A model generated the notes under the pieces. That model was not told the origin of the DNA. It worked only from the letters and a program-made list of their open reading frames with translations, and did no database searches. From Candidatus Latescibacterota bacterium (GTDB lineage Bacteria > Latescibacterota > UBA2968 > UBA8231), in assembly GCA_965221775.1 (NCBI GenBank), contig CBDCSU010000004.1:32001-96000 (forward strand): a stretch of 64,000 bases of DNA, in the 5' to 3' direction. Shown one piece after another: positions 1 to 9,360 of the stretch. The translations under genes and the position numbers were made by a program. Every line of letters starts with the position of its first letter. Positions within the stretch are counted from its first letter, which is position 1.

Positions 1-26
1 CCGCGCCCGGAGTTTCCACCGGCGAC

Positions 27-1604
27 ATGCGGATCTCCACGGATTACGTCGTCGTCGGCAGCGGTATCGCCGGTCTCTACTTCGCCATCCAGGCGGCCCG
101 TTCCGGGGCCCGGGTGGCGGTCGTCACCAAGAAGGAGGCGGCCGACTCCAACACCCGTTTCGCCCAGGGGGGCATCGCCGCCGTTCTCGGGCCGGGGGAC
201 TCGCCCGAGACCCACGTCCGCGACACCCTCGAGTCCGGGGCCGGCCTGTGCGACCCCGAGGTGGTGGAGACCGTGGTCCGGGAGGGCCCCGGACGGGTGC
301 AGGACCTCGTCGCCCTGGGGGTGCGGTTCTCCAGGGCCGGCGACGGCCGGCTCAGCCTCGGCCGCGAGGGCGGCCACTCCACCCACCGCGTGGCCCACGC
401 CGACGACTGGACCGGCCGCGAGCTGGTGCGGGCCCTGCTGGCGGCAGCCCAGGCCGAGGAGCGGATCACCCCCTTCCCCGGCCACCTCGCCCTCGACCTG
501 ATCGTCGACGGGCAGGGCCGCTGCCGCGGCGTCCGGGCGTTCTCCGAGCGTCCCGCCGCCCAAGTCACCGACTTCACGGCGCCGGTCACGGTCCTGGCCA
601 CGGGCGGCGCCGGCCGCATCTACGCCAGCACCACCAACCCGGCGGTGGCCACGGGGGACGGGATCGCCATGGCCTGGCGCGCCGGGGCGACGGTGGCCAA
701 CCTGGAGTTCTTCCAGTTCCACCCCACGGCCCTGGCCCACCCCGGGGGGCGGACCTTCCTGATCTCCGAGGCCCTGCGCGGGTACGGCGCCGTCGTCGTC
801 AACCACGAGGGCGAGCCCTTCGTGGAGCGGCAGCTCCCCGGCGGCTCCCTGGCCACCCGCGACGTGGTGGCCCGCGCCATCGTCGCCGAGATGCGCCGCA
901 GCGGCCGCGACTGCGTCTACCTCGACGCGACTTCCAAGGACCCGGAGGAGACGCGCCGCCGCTTCCCCAACATCAGCCGCTACTGCGCCGGCCTGGGCAT
1001 CGACATCACCCGCCAGCCCATCCCCGTGGCCCCCGCCGCCCACTACCTGTGCGGCGGCGTGCACACCGATGTCGACGGCCGCACCGACCTTCCGGGACTT
1101 TATGCGATCGGTGAGGTCGGACACACGGCGTTCCACGGCGCCAACAGGTTGGCCAGCAACTCACTGTTGGAGGCGGTGGTCCTCGCCGGCCGCGCTTTCG
1201 AGGCGGCGGATGGTGCGGCGCCCGTCTCCGCCATGTCCGTTGCGGGGGGCCGCGACCGGTCCCGCAGCAGTCTCCCCTGCGCCCCGGCGGCCGACCGCCT
1301 GGGGCGGATCATGCTGCAGGAGGTGGGGATCACCCGCACCGACGCGGGCCTGCGCCGGGCCTGCGATCTCCTGGACGAACTGGACCGTGAGGTCCCGGAG
1401 GGCGGCCTCGATCCCGCCTCCGTGGACCTGCGCAACCGCATCGACGCGGCCCGCCTGGTGGCGCACTCGGCGCGCCGGCGCCAAGAGAGCCGGGGCGTCC
1501 ACTACAACGAGGACCACCCCGAACGGGACGACGAGACCTGGGGCCGCGTCAGCCTGCTTCGCCGGGAGCCCCGGGACGGTCTCCCGGCCCCGGCAACCCG
1601 CTGA
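27..1604 (+). CDS. nadB: L-aspartate oxidase
   Basis: N-terminal FAD motif VVVGSGIAG, SNTRFAQGGIAA, REGGHS, FQFHPT, HYLCGG, HGANRLASNSLLE, ESRGVHY. Confidence 0.95.
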   Translation: MRISTDYVVVGSGIAGLYFAIQAARSGARVAVVTKKEAADSNTRFAQGGIAAVLGPGDSPETHVRDTLESGAGLCDPEVVETVVREGPGRVQDLVALGVRFSRAGDGRLSLGREGGHSTHRVAHADDWTGRELVRALLAAAQAEERITPFPGHLALDLIVDGQGRCRGVRAFSERPAAQVTDFTAPVTVLATGGAGRIYASTTNPAVATGDGIAMAWRAGATVANLEFFQFHPTALAHPGGRTFLISEALRGYGAVVVNHEGEPFVERQLPGGSLATRDVVARAIVAEMRRSGRDCVYLDATSKDPEETRRRFPNISRYCAGLGIDITRQPIPVAPAAHYLCGGVHTDVDGRTDLPGLYAIGEVGHTAFHGANRLASNSLLEAVVLAGRAFEAADGAAPVSAMSVAGGRDRSRSSLPCAPAADRLGRIMLQEVGITRTDAGLRRACDLLDELDREVPEGGLDPASVDLRNRIDAARLVAHSARRRQESRGVHYNEDHPERDDETWGRVSLLRREPRDGLPAPATR

Positions 1605-1632
1605 TTGTCCCTCCCGGGCCGGCCGTTATATT
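1605..1632 (+). promoter_or_regulatory. putative sigma70 promoter for guaA
   Basis: TTGTCC(1605-1610)-N16-TATATT(1627-1632), the only AT-rich patch in the intergenic gap. Confidence 0.4.
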
Positions 1633-1675
1633 CCCCTCTCTCCCCGCCCCCCCTCCCCGCAGGGAGTCCCGCCCC

Positions 1676-3490
1676 TTGGGCATCGTCGTCCTCGACTTCG
1701 GCGGCCAGTACGCCCACCTCATCGCCAACCGGGTCCGCCGCCTCCACGTGTGGGCCGAGATCCGCCCCCCCGACACCCCCGTCGAGGAGCTGGCCCGGGC
1801 CGACGGCCTGATCCTCTCCGGCGGGCCCTCCAGCGTCTACGCCGACGGCCGCCCTCCCTTCGAGGAGGCGGTGCTCTCCACCGGCCAACCGATCCTCGGG
1901 CTGTGCTACGGCCACCAGCTCCTGTGCCACGCCCTCGGGGGCCGCGTCGAGAGGGGCGAGCGCATGGAGTACGGCGCCGCCTCCCTGGAGGTGACCGCGG
2001 CCACGGGGGTGCTGGCCGGCCTGGGTCCGCGCGAGCCGATCTGGATGAGCCACCGCGACCGGGTGGAGGAGATCCCCCCGGGCTTCGAGGTCCTCGGCCG
2101 CACCGGGGACTGCCCGGTGGCCGCCATGGGGCATGAAGACCGCCGCATCTACGGCCTCCAGTTCCACCCCGAGGTGACCCACACCGAGTCGGGGATGCGC
2201 ATCCTCGACAACTTCCTCGACCTGTGCGGCTGCGAGCGCGACTGGACGATGGAGGGCTTCATCGACCGCTCCATGGAGGGGCTGAAGGCCCAGGCCCGCG
2301 GGCGCAAGGTCTTCCTCCTCGTCTCCGGCGGCGTCGACTCCACCGTCTGCTTCCTGCTCCTCAACCGCGCCCTCGGCACCGGCCGCGTCCTCGGTCTGCA
2401 CATCGACAACGGCTTCATGCGCAAGGGCGAGACCGCCGCCGTGGAGAGCCTGCTCAAGGAGTCCGGGTTCTCGAACCTGAAGGTGGTCGACGCCAGCGCC
2501 GCCTTCCTGGGCCGCGTCGCCGGGGTCGCCGACCCGGAGGCCAAGCGCCTGGCCATCGGCGAGGAGTTCATCGAGGTCCGCGACCGGGTGCTGGCCGACC
2601 TCGACCTCGACCCGGACCAGTGGCTTCTCGGGCAGGGCACCCTGTACACCGACACGATCGAGTCGGGGGGCACCGACCACGCCGAGGTCATCAAGACCCA
2701 CCACAACCGCGTCGGCGTCATCGAGCGGCTGCTGGCCGAGGGCAAGGTGGTGGAGCCCTTGAGCCAGCTCTACAAGGACGAGGTGCGAGAGCTGGGCGAG
2801 AAGCTGGGCGTGCCCCATCACCTCGTCTGGCGGCATCCCTTTCCCGGCCCCGGACTGGCGGTCCGCTGCCTGTGCGCCGGTCCCGGCGCCGGCCAGGACG
2901 ACGCCGTCGGCGAGCCTCCGCCCCTGGACGTCCCCGGGCTGACCGCGGAGGTCCTGCCCCTGCGCAGCGTCGGCGTGCAGGGGGACGGGCGCACCTATGC
3001 CCATCCGGCCCTGCTCAGCGCATCAGGCGCCGCGTTCCTGCCCGGGGAGGGGGGCGGTCCCTCGTGGGACGACCTCGAGCGCGCCTCCACGGAGCTGACC
3101 AACTCCACGGACCGGGTCAACCGCGTCCTCTTCCAGCTGGGGCCGGAACAGCGCCTGCGGCAGAGCCCGCGGGAGGCCTACCTCACGACGGAGCGCCTGG
3201 ACCTGCTGCGCGAGGCCGACGCCATCGTCATGGAGGCCCTGGACCGCCGCGGCCTCATGCCCCGGCTGACGCAGATGCCCACGGTCCTGGTGCCCCTCTC
3301 CTCCGACGGCGTGAGCGAGAGCATCGTCCTGCGGCCGGTGACCACCGAGGACTTCATGACGGCGCGGTTCGGCCGGCTGCCGGCGGACTTCCTGCGCGAG
3401 GTCACCGGGCGGCTGCTGGCTCTGGAGGGGGTGGAGGCGGTCTACTACGACGTCACCCACAAGCCGCCGGGCACGGTGGAGTGGGAGTGA
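1676..3490 (+). CDS. guaA: glutamine-hydrolysing GMP synthase (long form)
   Basis: LDFGGQY, GLCYGHQ, QFHPEV glutaminase triad; SGGVDS PP-loop; IKTHHN; RHPFPGPGL; C-terminal KPPGTVEWE; TTG start. Confidence 0.96.
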   Translation: MGIVVLDFGGQYAHLIANRVRRLHVWAEIRPPDTPVEELARADGLILSGGPSSVYADGRPPFEEAVLSTGQPILGLCYGHQLLCHALGGRVERGERMEYGAASLEVTAATGVLAGLGPREPIWMSHRDRVEEIPPGFEVLGRTGDCPVAAMGHEDRRIYGLQFHPEVTHTESGMRILDNFLDLCGCERDWTMEGFIDRSMEGLKAQARGRKVFLLVSGGVDSTVCFLLLNRALGTGRVLGLHIDNGFMRKGETAAVESLLKESGFSNLKVVDASAAFLGRVAGVADPEAKRLAIGEEFIEVRDRVLADLDLDPDQWLLGQGTLYTDTIESGGTDHAEVIKTHHNRVGVIERLLAEGKVVEPLSQLYKDEVRELGEKLGVPHHLVWRHPFPGPGLAVRCLCAGPGAGQDDAVGEPPPLDVPGLTAEVLPLRSVGVQGDGRTYAHPALLSASGAAFLPGEGGGPSWDDLERASTELTNSTDRVNRVLFQLGPEQRLRQSPREAYLTTERLDLLREADAIVMEALDRRGLMPRLTQMPTVLVPLSSDGVSESIVLRPVTTEDFMTARFGRLPADFLREVTGRLLALEGVEAVYYDVTHKPPGTVEWE

Positions 3491-3500
3491 TGGCCGGCGG

Positions 3501-4751
3501 TCACCGCACCAGGTAGTACCGGCTCTTCCCCCGGCGGATCACGACGCAGCGGCCGTGCAGGCGGTCGTCCCGGCCGACGCGGCGGGACTCCTCGGTGCAG
3601 CGCTCGCCGTTGATCCAGATGGCGCCGGCGCCGATGTCCTGGCGGGCCTGCCGCCGGGAGGAGGAGACGCCGGCCTCCGCGAGCAGTTCCACGAGGCCCT
3701 GCTCCTCGCCCTCCATGGTGTGGGAGGGCACCCCGTCGAAGGCCAGCTCCAGGTCCTCCTCGCGCAGCTCCCGCACCTTCCCCTGGAACAGGGCCCGCGA
3801 GATCCGTTCCGCCTGGCTGGCGGCCCCGGGGCCGTGGACGACGGCCGTGGCCTCGCGGGCCAGGGTGCGCTGCGCCTCCCGGGCGCCGGGGTCGGCGGCC
3901 ACCGACTCCTCGAGCTGGGCGATCTCGTCGGGGCTCAGGAAGGTGAAGATCTTCAGGTAGGCGGCCACGTTGCGGTCGTCGGTGTTGATCCAGTACTGGT
4001 AGAACTCGTACGGCGAGGTCCGCTCCGGGGAGAGCCACAGGGCGCCGGCCTCGGTCTTGCCGAACTTGGCGCCGTCGGCGCTGGTCACGAGGGGGCAGGT
4101 GAGGCCGAAGGCCTTGGCGCCGTCGGCGCGGCGGATCAGGTCGGAGCCGGCGGTGATGTTGCCCCACTGGTCGCTGCCGCCGGTCTGCAGCTGGCAGCCG
4201 AGGCGCCGGTGCAGCTCCAGGAAGTCGTAGGCCTGCAGCACCATGTAGCTGAACTCGGTGTACGAGATCCCCGTCTTCAGGCGCGAGGCGACCGACTCCT
4301 TGGCGAGCATGTAGGGCACGGGGAAGTGCTTGCCCACGTCGCGCATCAGCTCGATGGCGGTGACCCCGGAGAGCCAGTCGAGGTTGTTCACCAGCCGCGC
4401 CGGGTTCGTCTTCACCTCGAAGTCGAGGAAGGGCTCCACCTGGGCGCGGATCTTCCCGGTGAAGGCTTCCACCACCTCCGCCGGGTTGAGGGCGCGCTCC
4501 TGGTCCTTGCCGCCGGGATCGCCGATGAGGCCGGTGCCGCCGCCCACCAGGCAGATCGGGTGGTGCCCGGCCAACTGGAAGCGGCGCAGCATCAGCAGCG
4601 GCACGAGGTTGCCGATGGTCAGGCTGTCGGCGGTGGGGTCGAAGCCGTTGTAGAGCGTGACCGGCCCCTGCGCCAGCCGCTCCGCCAGGCCGTCGAGGTC
4701 GGTGACCTGGTGCAGCAGGCCCCGGTACATCAGATCTTCGAGGACGTTCAT
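3501..4751 (-). CDS. tyrS: tyrosine--tRNA ligase
   Basis: YNGFDPTADSLTIGNL (HIGH-equivalent), QTGGSDQWGNI, KFGKTE, C-terminal S4 domain; start trimmed to MNVLEDL at 4751. Confidence 0.96.
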   Translation of the reverse strand: MNVLEDLMYRGLLHQVTDLDGLAERLAQGPVTLYNGFDPTADSLTIGNLVPLLMLRRFQLAGHHPICLVGGGTGLIGDPGGKDQERALNPAEVVEAFTGKIRAQVEPFLDFEVKTNPARLVNNLDWLSGVTAIELMRDVGKHFPVPYMLAKESVASRLKTGISYTEFSYMVLQAYDFLELHRRLGCQLQTGGSDQWGNITAGSDLIRRADGAKAFGLTCPLVTSADGAKFGKTEAGALWLSPERTSPYEFYQYWINTDDRNVAAYLKIFTFLSPDEIAQLEESVAADPGAREAQRTLAREATAVVHGPGAASQAERISRALFQGKVRELREEDLELAFDGVPSHTMEGEEQGLVELLAEAGVSSSRRQARQDIGAGAIWINGERCTEESRRVGRDDRLHGRCVVIRRGKSRYYLVR

Positions 4752-4767
4752 CTCTCTCGCTTCCCGC

Positions 4768-4808
4768 AAAGAAAAACCCCCGATGACGGGATCTCCGTCA
4801 CCGGGGGT
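4768..4808 (-). terminator. intrinsic terminator in the tyrS leader (attenuator)
   Basis: minus strand ACCCCCGGTGACGG-agatc-CCGTCATCGGGGGT followed by TTTTCTTT, ending 16 nt upstream of the tyrS ATG. Confidence 0.85.
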
Positions 4809-4830
4809 GTGAGGTCGAAGGGACCGTCGC

Positions 4831-4911
4831 CTAGCGCTCTGTTCCCCCGGTGCGGATGGCCTCGGCCCGGCGGTATCGGCGGTCGCTGAGGGTCCTTGCA
4901 TGCGATTCCAT
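4831..4911 (-). CDS. putative 26-aa tyrS leader peptide MESHARTLSDRRYRRAEAIRTGGTER
   Basis: ATG with 7 nt between it and a TAGATT -10 box; single Tyr codon (4873-4875); 3' part carries a 9-nt segment complementary to the terminator 5' arm. Confidence 0.55.
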   Translation of the reverse strand: MESHARTLSDRRYRRAEAIRTGGTER

Positions 4912-4918
4912 GGCGGCC

Positions 4919-4948
4919 AATCTACGGGCCGCCGGCCGGATCCGTCAA
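4919..4948 (-). promoter_or_regulatory. sigma70-type promoter of the tyrS leader
   Basis: minus strand TTGACG-N18-TAGATT; the same TAGATT hexamer lies just upstream of tRNA-Val. Confidence 0.6.
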
Positions 4949-5022
4949 TCTTCCCTCACGGGGCGTCACTGGCTCGCCGGCGCTATCTTTGCGCCGCACC
5001 CACACGCCAAAGGAGAGATCCC

Positions 5023-5871
5023 GTGCCCCTTCCCACCCGCACCCTCGGCCGCACCGGCGAGACGGTCACCGCCCTCGGTCTGGGCGGCGTCTGCTGGAAC
5101 CTCGCCGATGACGACGACGCGGCCGTGGCCGTGGTCCACCGCGCCATCGACCTCGGCGTCACCTACCTCGACACCGCCTCCAAGTACAACCAGAGCGAGC
5201 GCCGTCTCGGGCTGGCCCTGAAGGACCGGGACCGCGACGGCCTGTTCGTGGCCACCAAGTGCCTGGAGCGCTCCGGCGGCGCCGTGCGCCAGGAGATCGC
5301 CGCCAGCTTCGAGCACCTCGGGGTGGAACAGATCGACCTGATGCAGCTCCACGCCATCGACGAGGCCGGAGGCCTGGAGGAGGTGCTGCGCCCGGACGGC
5401 GCCCTGCGCGTCATCGAGGAGTACCGCCGCGACGGCCGGATCCGCTTCGTCGGTCTCACCGGCCACACCCATCCGGCCGCCTTCGTGGGCATGATCGGCG
5501 AGTACGACTTCGACACCGTCCTCAACCCCCTGGGCGCCGCCAACCGCGTCTGGAACGACTTCTCCTCCACCACCATCCCCGCCGCCCGGGCCCGCGGCAT
5601 GGGGATCATGGCCATGAAGGTGATGGCCTACGGCCAGGTGCCGGCGGAGGACCGGGGGCTGTTCCTGCGCTACGCCATGGGGCTCGACCTCGACGTGGCC
5701 GTCGTCGGCATGGACACGGTGGCGCAGGTGGAGGAGAACGTGGCCCTGGCCGAGGCCTACACGCCGCTGAGCCCTGCCGAGGAGAGCCGCCTCTTCGACA
5801 TCGCGGGACAGGTGGCGGCGGGGGACAAGGGCAAGCTGTTCTGGCTGCCCGAGACGCGAGCCGCGGGCTGA
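5023..5871 (+). CDS. aldo/keto reductase
   Basis: RTLGRTG..LGLGG, GVTYLDTASKY, ATKC, IDLMQLH; AGGAG RBS before GTG 5023. Confidence 0.9.
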   Translation: MPLPTRTLGRTGETVTALGLGGVCWNLADDDDAAVAVVHRAIDLGVTYLDTASKYNQSERRLGLALKDRDRDGLFVATKCLERSGGAVRQEIAASFEHLGVEQIDLMQLHAIDEAGGLEEVLRPDGALRVIEEYRRDGRIRFVGLTGHTHPAAFVGMIGEYDFDTVLNPLGAANRVWNDFSSTTIPAARARGMGIMAMKVMAYGQVPAEDRGLFLRYAMGLDLDVAVVGMDTVAQVEENVALAEAYTPLSPAEESRLFDIAGQVAAGDKGKLFWLPETRAAG

Positions 5872-5882
5872 GGAGGAGAGAG

Positions 5883-6734
5883 ATGGAAAAGCGCGAGTAT
5901 GGAAACACGGGGGAGAGCCTCTCCATCGTCGGCTTCGGCGGCATCCTGGTGAGCGGGGTCGACGCGGACGAGGCGAGGGGCCTGGTGGCCGAGGCCGTGG
6001 ACCGCGGCGTCGACTACTTCGACGTGGCGCCCACGTACGGCAACGCCCAGGAGATGCTCGGGCCGGCCCTGGAGCCCTACCGCAAGGGGGTGTTCCTGGC
6101 CTGCAAGACCACCGAGCGCACGGCGGAGGGGGCGCGGCGGGAGCTGGAGGAGTCCCTGCGCCTGCTGCGCACCGACCACGTCGACCTCTACCAGCTCCAC
6201 GCCGTCAACACCGACGAGGACTTCGAGCAGGTGATGGGGCCGGGCGGCGCCCTGGAGCTGTTCCGCGAGGCGAGGGAGCGGGGGATGACCCGCTACCTCG
6301 GCTTCTCGTCCCATTCCTCGGAGACGGCCCTGCGCCTGATCGAGGCGGTGGACTTCGACTCGGTCCTGTTCCCCGTGAACTGGTCCACCTGGTTCGCCGC
6401 CGACTTCGGCCCCGCCGTGGTCGCCGCCGCCGAGGCCCGCGGCACCGCCCGCCTGGCGCTCAAGTCCCTGGCCCGCGGCAAGATGGCCGCCGGCGCCGAG
6501 CGCAGGTGGGCCAAGTGCTGGTACGAACCCCTGGAGGACCGCGAGCTGGCGGACCTGGCCCTGCGGTTCAGCCTGTCGCAGCCGGTGACGGCGGCGATCC
6601 CGCCCGGAGAGCCGGCGCTGTTCCGCATGGCCCTGGAGATCGCCGAGAGCTTCACGCCGGTCACGGAAGAGGAGGCGGCCCGGCTGCGGCGGGAGGCGGC
6701 CGGCAGCCGGCCGATCTTCGAGCTGGCCGCCTGA
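5883..6734 (+). CDS. aldo/keto reductase (second, divergent paralog)
   Basis: MEKREYGNTG, GVDYFDVAPTYG, LACKT, VDLYQLH; GAGGAG RBS. Confidence 0.9.
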   Translation: MEKREYGNTGESLSIVGFGGILVSGVDADEARGLVAEAVDRGVDYFDVAPTYGNAQEMLGPALEPYRKGVFLACKTTERTAEGARRELEESLRLLRTDHVDLYQLHAVNTDEDFEQVMGPGGALELFREARERGMTRYLGFSSHSSETALRLIEAVDFDSVLFPVNWSTWFAADFGPAVVAAAEARGTARLALKSLARGKMAAGAERRWAKCWYEPLEDRELADLALRFSLSQPVTAAIPPGEPALFRMALEIAESFTPVTEEEAARLRREAAGSRPIFELAA

Positions 6735-6783
6735 GCCGGCGGCCGCTGGTAGCTGTGCGGGCCCGGGGTTAGATTCGGCGCGA

Positions 6784-6860
6784 GGGCGATTAGCTCAGCT
6801 GGTCAGAGCGCCTGCCTTACAAGCAGGAGGTCCCCCGTTCGAGCCGGGGATCGCCCACCA
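6784..6860 (+). tRNA. tRNA-Val (anticodon TAC)
   Basis: GGGCGAT/ATCGCCC acceptor stem, TAGCTCAGCTGG D-arm, CCTGC-CTTACAA-GCAGG anticodon arm, GTTCGA T-loop, encoded CCA. Confidence 0.98.
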
Positions 6861-6925
6861 GATTTCCCTCTGCGAACCCACCACATCCTGCGCCGCCACT
6901 TTGGCGCATGTCGCTCTCTGACGCG

Positions 6926-6955
6926 AGCCCCCGGGGCGGCCTTCCCGGGGGCTTC
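6926..6955 (+). terminator. GC-rich hairpin downstream of the tRNA
   Basis: GAGCCCCCGGG...CCCGGGGGCTT inverted repeat; no good U-tract. Confidence 0.4.
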
Positions 6956-7110
6956 CGGGCGTCCGGCGGCGGTGGGGGCCCGCGATTTTTAGCCAGTGCT
7001 TGCATTATGAATTAGCCATGACTAATTTCCAGTTTCATCTATGGCTAATTTCGAGACCGGTCCTGGCCGGACTCGTCGGAGCGATCTTCAACAACCTCGG
7101 TGACAAGCGG

Positions 7111-7320
7111 ATGCCTGGGATTCCGAGAGATTGGGTTGAGCGGGCGGCCCGAGTCTACAAGAGCAACTCGGAAGCGAGCCAAGCCCTCGGGATCGCGACA
7201 GGCAGCTTCGCCCGCCTGTGCCGCAAGTACGGCATCGAGACTCCCTACGCCCGCCAGGAGAAGGAGCGCCAGGAGGCCAGGTCCCGGCGCAAGCCCAAAG
7301 GGCGGGACCGCGGCCGGTGA
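7111..7320 (+). CDS. small basic protein with Fis-like helix-turn-helix
   Basis: SNSEASQALGIATGSFARLCRKYGI matches the HTH_8 pattern; basic tail; preceded by an AT-richer segment. Confidence 0.7.
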   Translation: MPGIPRDWVERAARVYKSNSEASQALGIATGSFARLCRKYGIETPYARQEKERQEARSRRKPKGRDRGR

Positions 7321-7371
7321 TCGTGTCGACGCCCCGACCCCGCCCGGCGCGGCTGCAAGGCAGGCGCCCGG

Positions 7372-8247
7372 GTGCGTCCGGCCGCCGTGACGGGCGATCC
7401 TGAACCGCTGGGCCCGGCCGCCTCCGGGCGCCCGCCCATGCAGGAGTTCCGCCTCGGCCGGCGGCGTCTGCTGCTGTTCCAGGAGGGGGCCGGGCGCCCC
7501 CTCCTGCTGCTTCACGGCGCGGCGGCGGAGCGCGACGAAGAGGAGTGGGACCATCAGTGGCCGGTCCTGGCCTCGGCCGGGTACCGAGTGGTGTTCCCGC
7601 TGCGCGCCGGACGCGGGGGCAGCGATCCCGACGGCCCCGTGACCCTGGCCCGGGACGCCCGCGACGCCTGGGCCCTGCTCGACCACCTGGGACTCGAAGG
7701 AGCGGTGCTCATCGGGCACAGCGCCGGCGCCGCCGTGGCGCGGCAGATGTACCTCACCCGGCCGGAAGGGGTGCAGGCGATGGTCAGCGTCGACAGTGCC
7801 GCCTTCGGCAAGTTCGACTTCCAGAGCGGGGCCTTCGGTCCGGAGCGCTTCGACGAGGCTACCGGCGCCCTCCACGCCAGGCACCGCGAGGCCCTGGCCG
7901 CCCTGGGCCGCGAGTGGGACTATCCGAGCGAGTTCAACGTCGATCACCTGACCCGGCTGATGCGCTGGAGGCGAGCCAACTCGGACCGCCTGGAGGCGGC
8001 CCGGGGAGGCCTCGACCCCGACGACGCGCCCGTTCCCGAGGGCCGCTGGTGCCGGGTGCCCCTACTCGTCTTCGCCGCGGGACGGGGCCGCGTGCGCCCC
8101 GGCGATCCCGAGGCCGCGGCCCTGGCGGCGCAGCTGCCCGGACGAGAGTCCCGCCTGGAGGTGATCACCGACAGCGGGCACTACATCCAGCAGGAGCAGC
8201 CCGAGGAGTTCAACGCCAGGCTGCTCGATTTCCTGGCCGGCCTGTAA
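7372..8247 (+). CDS. alpha/beta hydrolase
   Basis: LLLLHG, GHSAG nucleophile elbow, SGHYIQQEQPE; start may be ATG 7438. Confidence 0.85.
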   Translation: MRPAAVTGDPEPLGPAASGRPPMQEFRLGRRRLLLFQEGAGRPLLLLHGAAAERDEEEWDHQWPVLASAGYRVVFPLRAGRGGSDPDGPVTLARDARDAWALLDHLGLEGAVLIGHSAGAAVARQMYLTRPEGVQAMVSVDSAAFGKFDFQSGAFGPERFDEATGALHARHREALAALGREWDYPSEFNVDHLTRLMRWRRANSDRLEAARGGLDPDDAPVPEGRWCRVPLLVFAAGRGRVRPGDPEAAALAAQLPGRESRLEVITDSGHYIQQEQPEEFNARLLDFLAGL

Positions 8248-8295
8248 GACTCTGTCGAGGCCGGCGACGGAGCACCGCTGCAGCTGCCGGATCGC

Positions 8296-9360
8296 TCACT
8301 CCCCCGCCAGACCGAGCTCGTCCATCAGTCTGCGCACCGGTGCCCAGATCCCGGTATCGATCCGCAGGCCCTCGGCCAGGGCCCGCTCGCGCTCCCGGTG
8401 GGCCCGCTCGCCGGGCACCAGGACCTCCTCGACCCCCGGCGCCGTCGTCAGCCCCTTGAGCCGCTGCACGTACTCCTCCACGCGGTCGAGGAACCCCTCC
8501 CGCCCGAGGAAGTGTCCGGGGTCGACGGCGAGGACGAAGAGCCCGTTGCGGTCGCTCGACTCGAGGTCGCCGGCGCTGCACCCGGCCCCCGACAGGGCGC
8601 CGGCGAGCACGTCCACCAGCAGGCTCAGGGCGAACCCCTTGTGTCCGGCGAGCAGCCCGCCCAGGGGCAGCAGGGCCGCCCGCGGCGGCACGTCCAGGGC
8701 GGCGGCCGGGTCGCTGCAGGGCTGCCCGGCCCCGTCGATGAGCCAGCCCTCCGGCGCCTCCCGCCCCTCGGCGGCCAGCATCTTCAGCCGGCCCGCGGCA
8801 GCGACGCTGGTGGAGATGTCGATGACGATCGGCGCCGAGCCCCGCCGCGGGATCCCGGCGGCGAGGGGGTTGGTGCTGAGGAAGGGCTCGGTCGAGCCCC
8901 AGGGCGCCACGTTCGGATTGCCGCCGGCGTCGTTGACCAGCAGCAGGCAGACGAACCCCTCCCGCGCCGGCTCGATGACGTAGCTGCCGAGGCGGGCCAC
9001 GTCGGCGGCGCGCACGACGCTGACGCACCCCACACCGCTCCTCGCCGCCATCTCCGTGGCCTGTCCCACGGCCTCGGTGGCGCTCACCGGCCCGAGGCCG
9101 TGGCCGGCGTCCAGGTGCAGGGCCGAGGCGCTGCGGCGCAGGACGCGCGGCCGGACCCCCGGGTGGATGCGTCCCTTGCGGATCGCCTCGACGTAGAGGG
9201 GGACCCGCATGATGCCGTGGGAGAGGTAGCCGGCCATCGTCGCCTCAAGCAGCACCTCGACGACGGTTTCGCGCTCTTCCTCGGAGACACCGGCGCGGGC
9301 GAAGATCTCGCCCATCCGCCGCGCGAGGGCGTCGCAGGTCAGGTGGACGGACCCGTTCAC
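8296..9360 (-). CDS. Ldh_2 family (malate/L-lactate/ureidoglycolate/sulfolactate) oxidoreductase
   Basis: SHGIMR, STNPLA, DISTS, GHKGFALSLLVDVLAG, VLVPGE. Confidence 0.9.
   Translation of the reverse strand: MNGSVHLTCDALARRMGEIFARAGVSEEERETVVEVLLEATMAGYLSHGIMRVPLYVEAIRKGRIHPGVRPRVLRRSASALHLDAGHGLGPVSATEAVGQATEMAARSGVGCVSVVRAADVARLGSYVIEPAREGFVCLLLVNDAGGNPNVAPWGSTEPFLSTNPLAAGIPRRGSAPIVIDISTSVAAAGRLKMLAAEGREAPEGWLIDGAGQPCSDPAAALDVPPRAALLPLGGLLAGHKGFALSLLVDVLAGALSGAGCSAGDLESSDRNGLFVLAVDPGHFLGREGFLDRVEEYVQRLKGLTTAPGVEEVLVPGERAHRERERALAEGLRIDTGIWAPVRRLMDELGLAGE

Noticed and set aside
4831-4860. T-box riboswitch upstream of tyrS
   Set aside because: The nearest match GGGGGAACAGAG lacks the invariant UGGN bulge needed to pair with tRNA NCCA, and no stem I AG/GNUG boxes are evident; a leader-peptide model fits better
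6784-6860. tRNA-anchored genomic island or prophage
   Set aside because: No integrase and no duplicated tRNA 3' end (attR) seen in the window
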